The position numbers were made by a program, and so were the translations under genes. From positions 1 through 36,317 of the IMG/VR virus record IMGVR_UViG_3300022936_000021: a DNA stretch of 36,317 bases. One strand, 5' to 3'. Position 1 is the first letter of the stretch, and each line of letters begins with the position of its first letter. The notes beneath the pieces were generated by a model. The model ran no database searches, had not been told where the DNA came from, and saw only the letters and a list, made by a program, of their open reading frames with translations. The stretch comes from a virus. Lineage: Duplodnaviria > Caudoviricetes. Shown here piece by piece: positions 35,074 to 36,317 of the stretch.

Positions 35074-35406
35074 ATGGCACGAGACACTGGCGCTGCTACA
35101 TTCACATCAGGCAATGGAAATAAAACTATTAACATTGGAATGTCAGGTGTGACATGGATGCAAATTGACTTTGGTGGTACTACAATCCGCCACTCTACTG
35201 GTTATATAGGTGGAGGCAGCCAATACTCCTATCCTGATAACGTTTCATCGTTAGTAAATGATAAAGCAATTGTAGTAAAAAATAATGCAGGAACTGTAAT
35301 TCTTGAAGGTACATGGACAAGTTTTACCGGTACAAGTGTTAATTTTAATATAACTACTGCCCCGGCAACTATGCCTCAAATGTTACTAAACTTTGGTAAC
35401 AGCTAG
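35074..35406 (+). CDS. Putative virion protein
   Basis: Gly/Thr/Ser-rich beta-type sequence. Confidence 0.6.
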   Translation: MARDTGAATFTSGNGNKTINIGMSGVTWMQIDFGGTTIRHSTGYIGGGSQYSYPDNVSSLVNDKAIVVKNNAGTVILEGTWTSFTGTSVNFNITTAPATMPQMLLNFGNS

Positions 35407-35407
35407 G

Positions 35408-35872
35408 ATGGATAAGAAGAGCAAACTTATACTAGCTTTATTGCTTTTTATTGTTGTTCTTCTTGCGCTTTTTGTAGCGTTCATATCGTACAAAGTAGCA
35501 ACAATTGAAAGCTCTATAAATAATCTTGCCAGTCAGAAGCAGGTTTTACCAAAAGTTATCAATGGAACTAATGGTGTAGATGGTGTTAATGGAGTTAGTA
35601 TCAAGGGCGAGATTGGAGATAACGGTAGAGACGGTAAAGACTCTCACAGCACAAATACAGTGATAGAAAGAAACTTCTATACTCCAGTAGTTGGTCCAGA
35701 AGGAAAGCCTGGTAAAGATGGAGCTAGCAGTGAGTTGAGGCTTAACCCAGAGACAAAAGACCTAGAAGCTAAATCTAACAAAGATAAGTTTTGGAATACG
35801 TTAATACCTTGCTCAGATTTAATGCGTGTTTGTCCTGGTGAAATTATAGAAGAAGCTATAGGTAAGAAATGA
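35408..35872 (+). CDS. Membrane-anchored collagen-like protein
   Basis: N-terminal TM, short coiled coil, Gly-X-Y runs, C-terminal Cys pair. Confidence 0.7.
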   Translation: MDKKSKLILALLLFIVVLLALFVAFISYKVATIESSINNLASQKQVLPKVINGTNGVDGVNGVSIKGEIGDNGRDGKDSHSTNTVIERNFYTPVVGPEGKPGKDGASSELRLNPETKDLEAKSNKDKFWNTLIPCSDLMRVCPGEIIEEAIGKK

Positions 35873-36144
35873 TATGGTTTGCTCAAACTCCTACAATCAA
35901 CATAAGCGACTATCTAATCCAAGTGGGGGGGCCTCTTGGACTTATAGTGATTGGATTAGTAATAGCTTTGGTTTATTACGTGAAGAAGTCAGACAGGCTA
36001 GAGAAGGCTTTAAACGACGAGAAGGACAAAAGACTTTCGGACGCACAAGAGTATTCTCGTTTAACTCTACAGCCGTTCCAACAGTTTACGGACTTTGTGA
36101 GGAATCTTTATGATGGGCGTGATAGTAGAAGTAAGGGAAACTAA
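35869..36144 (+). CDS. Single-TM protein, holin-accessory-like
   Basis: GGPLGLIVIGLVIALVYYV followed by charged helix. Confidence 0.65.
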   Translation: MIWFAQTPTINISDYLIQVGGPLGLIVIGLVIALVYYVKKSDRLEKALNDEKDKRLSDAQEYSRLTLQPFQQFTDFVRNLYDGRDSRSKGN

Positions 36145-36145
36145 T

Positions 36146-36317
36146 ATGTGGTTTATCTTCAAGACCCAAAAGCAAAAAGAACGCGAACGGGAGTCAGAAG
36201 CTAAAGACCGTGAAATTGAAGCTATAAAAGCCGAAACAGCACAGCGGTCTATTGATGCAACCGACGAAATAAAAAAACTAAACGAGTTAGTTGAGAAGCA
36301 CGGTAACTCAGGTCTTA
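36146..36317 (+). CDS. 67-aa charged protein wrapping the join (continues to TGA at 160-162)
   Basis: MWFIFKTQKQKERERESEAK...STGKKKK when circularised. Confidence 0.65.
   Translation, partial: MWFIFKTQKQKERERESEAKDREIEAIKAETAQRSIDATDEIKKLNELVEKHGNSGL
36188..36317. repeat. Terminal direct repeat (copy 2)
   Basis: Matches 1-130 with one mismatch. Confidence 0.95.

Noticed and set aside
34568-35406. Diversity-generating retroelement target
   Set aside because: No reverse transcriptase and no adenine-variant TR/VR repeat pair seen
1-36317. Integrase, CI repressor, att site or Par system
   Set aside because: No tyrosine/serine recombinase, S24 peptidase-HTH or ParA motifs recognised; lifestyle remains undetermined

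Overview
The window is an essentially complete, circularly permuted ~36.2 kb tailed dsDNA phage genome with a siphovirus layout; bases 1-130 repeat at 36188-36317 as an assembly overlap. It uses the standard genetic code. Modules in order: a lysis cassette spanning the join (several membrane proteins, a Cys/His-peptidase endolysin, a holin); an operon with a glutaredoxin-like protein and two glycosyltransferases; a leftward block of small, partly paralogous ORFs with two HNH nucleases; a small candidate replication gene with CTAG repeats; a ~700 bp non-coding control region; rightward early genes (ERF, NinB-like, NinG-like, HTH proteins); terminase; a displaced fibre gene; portal-MuF-Zn-ribbon fusion; ClpP protease-capsid fusion; head-tail genes; tail tube, chaperones, tape measure and tail tip. 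I recognise no integrase, CI-like repressor, DNA polymerase, helicase, tRNA or CRISPR array. The most unusual feature is a dense RNA-level control layer: (i) a -1 frameshift signal (G_UUA_AAA plus an H-type pseudoknot) that would fuse a membrane anchor to a lytic-transglycosylase domain; (ii) tandem promoter-hairpin-terminator small-RNA units with anti-Shine-Dalgarno loops, one complementary over 15 nt to a phage RBS; (iii) a terminator/antiterminator attenuator upstream of the candidate replication gene; (iv) two further large structured RNA candidates. The host may be Saccharibacteria/CPR or an actinobacterium, but this is inference only. All calls were made by eye; no folding or database searches were run.
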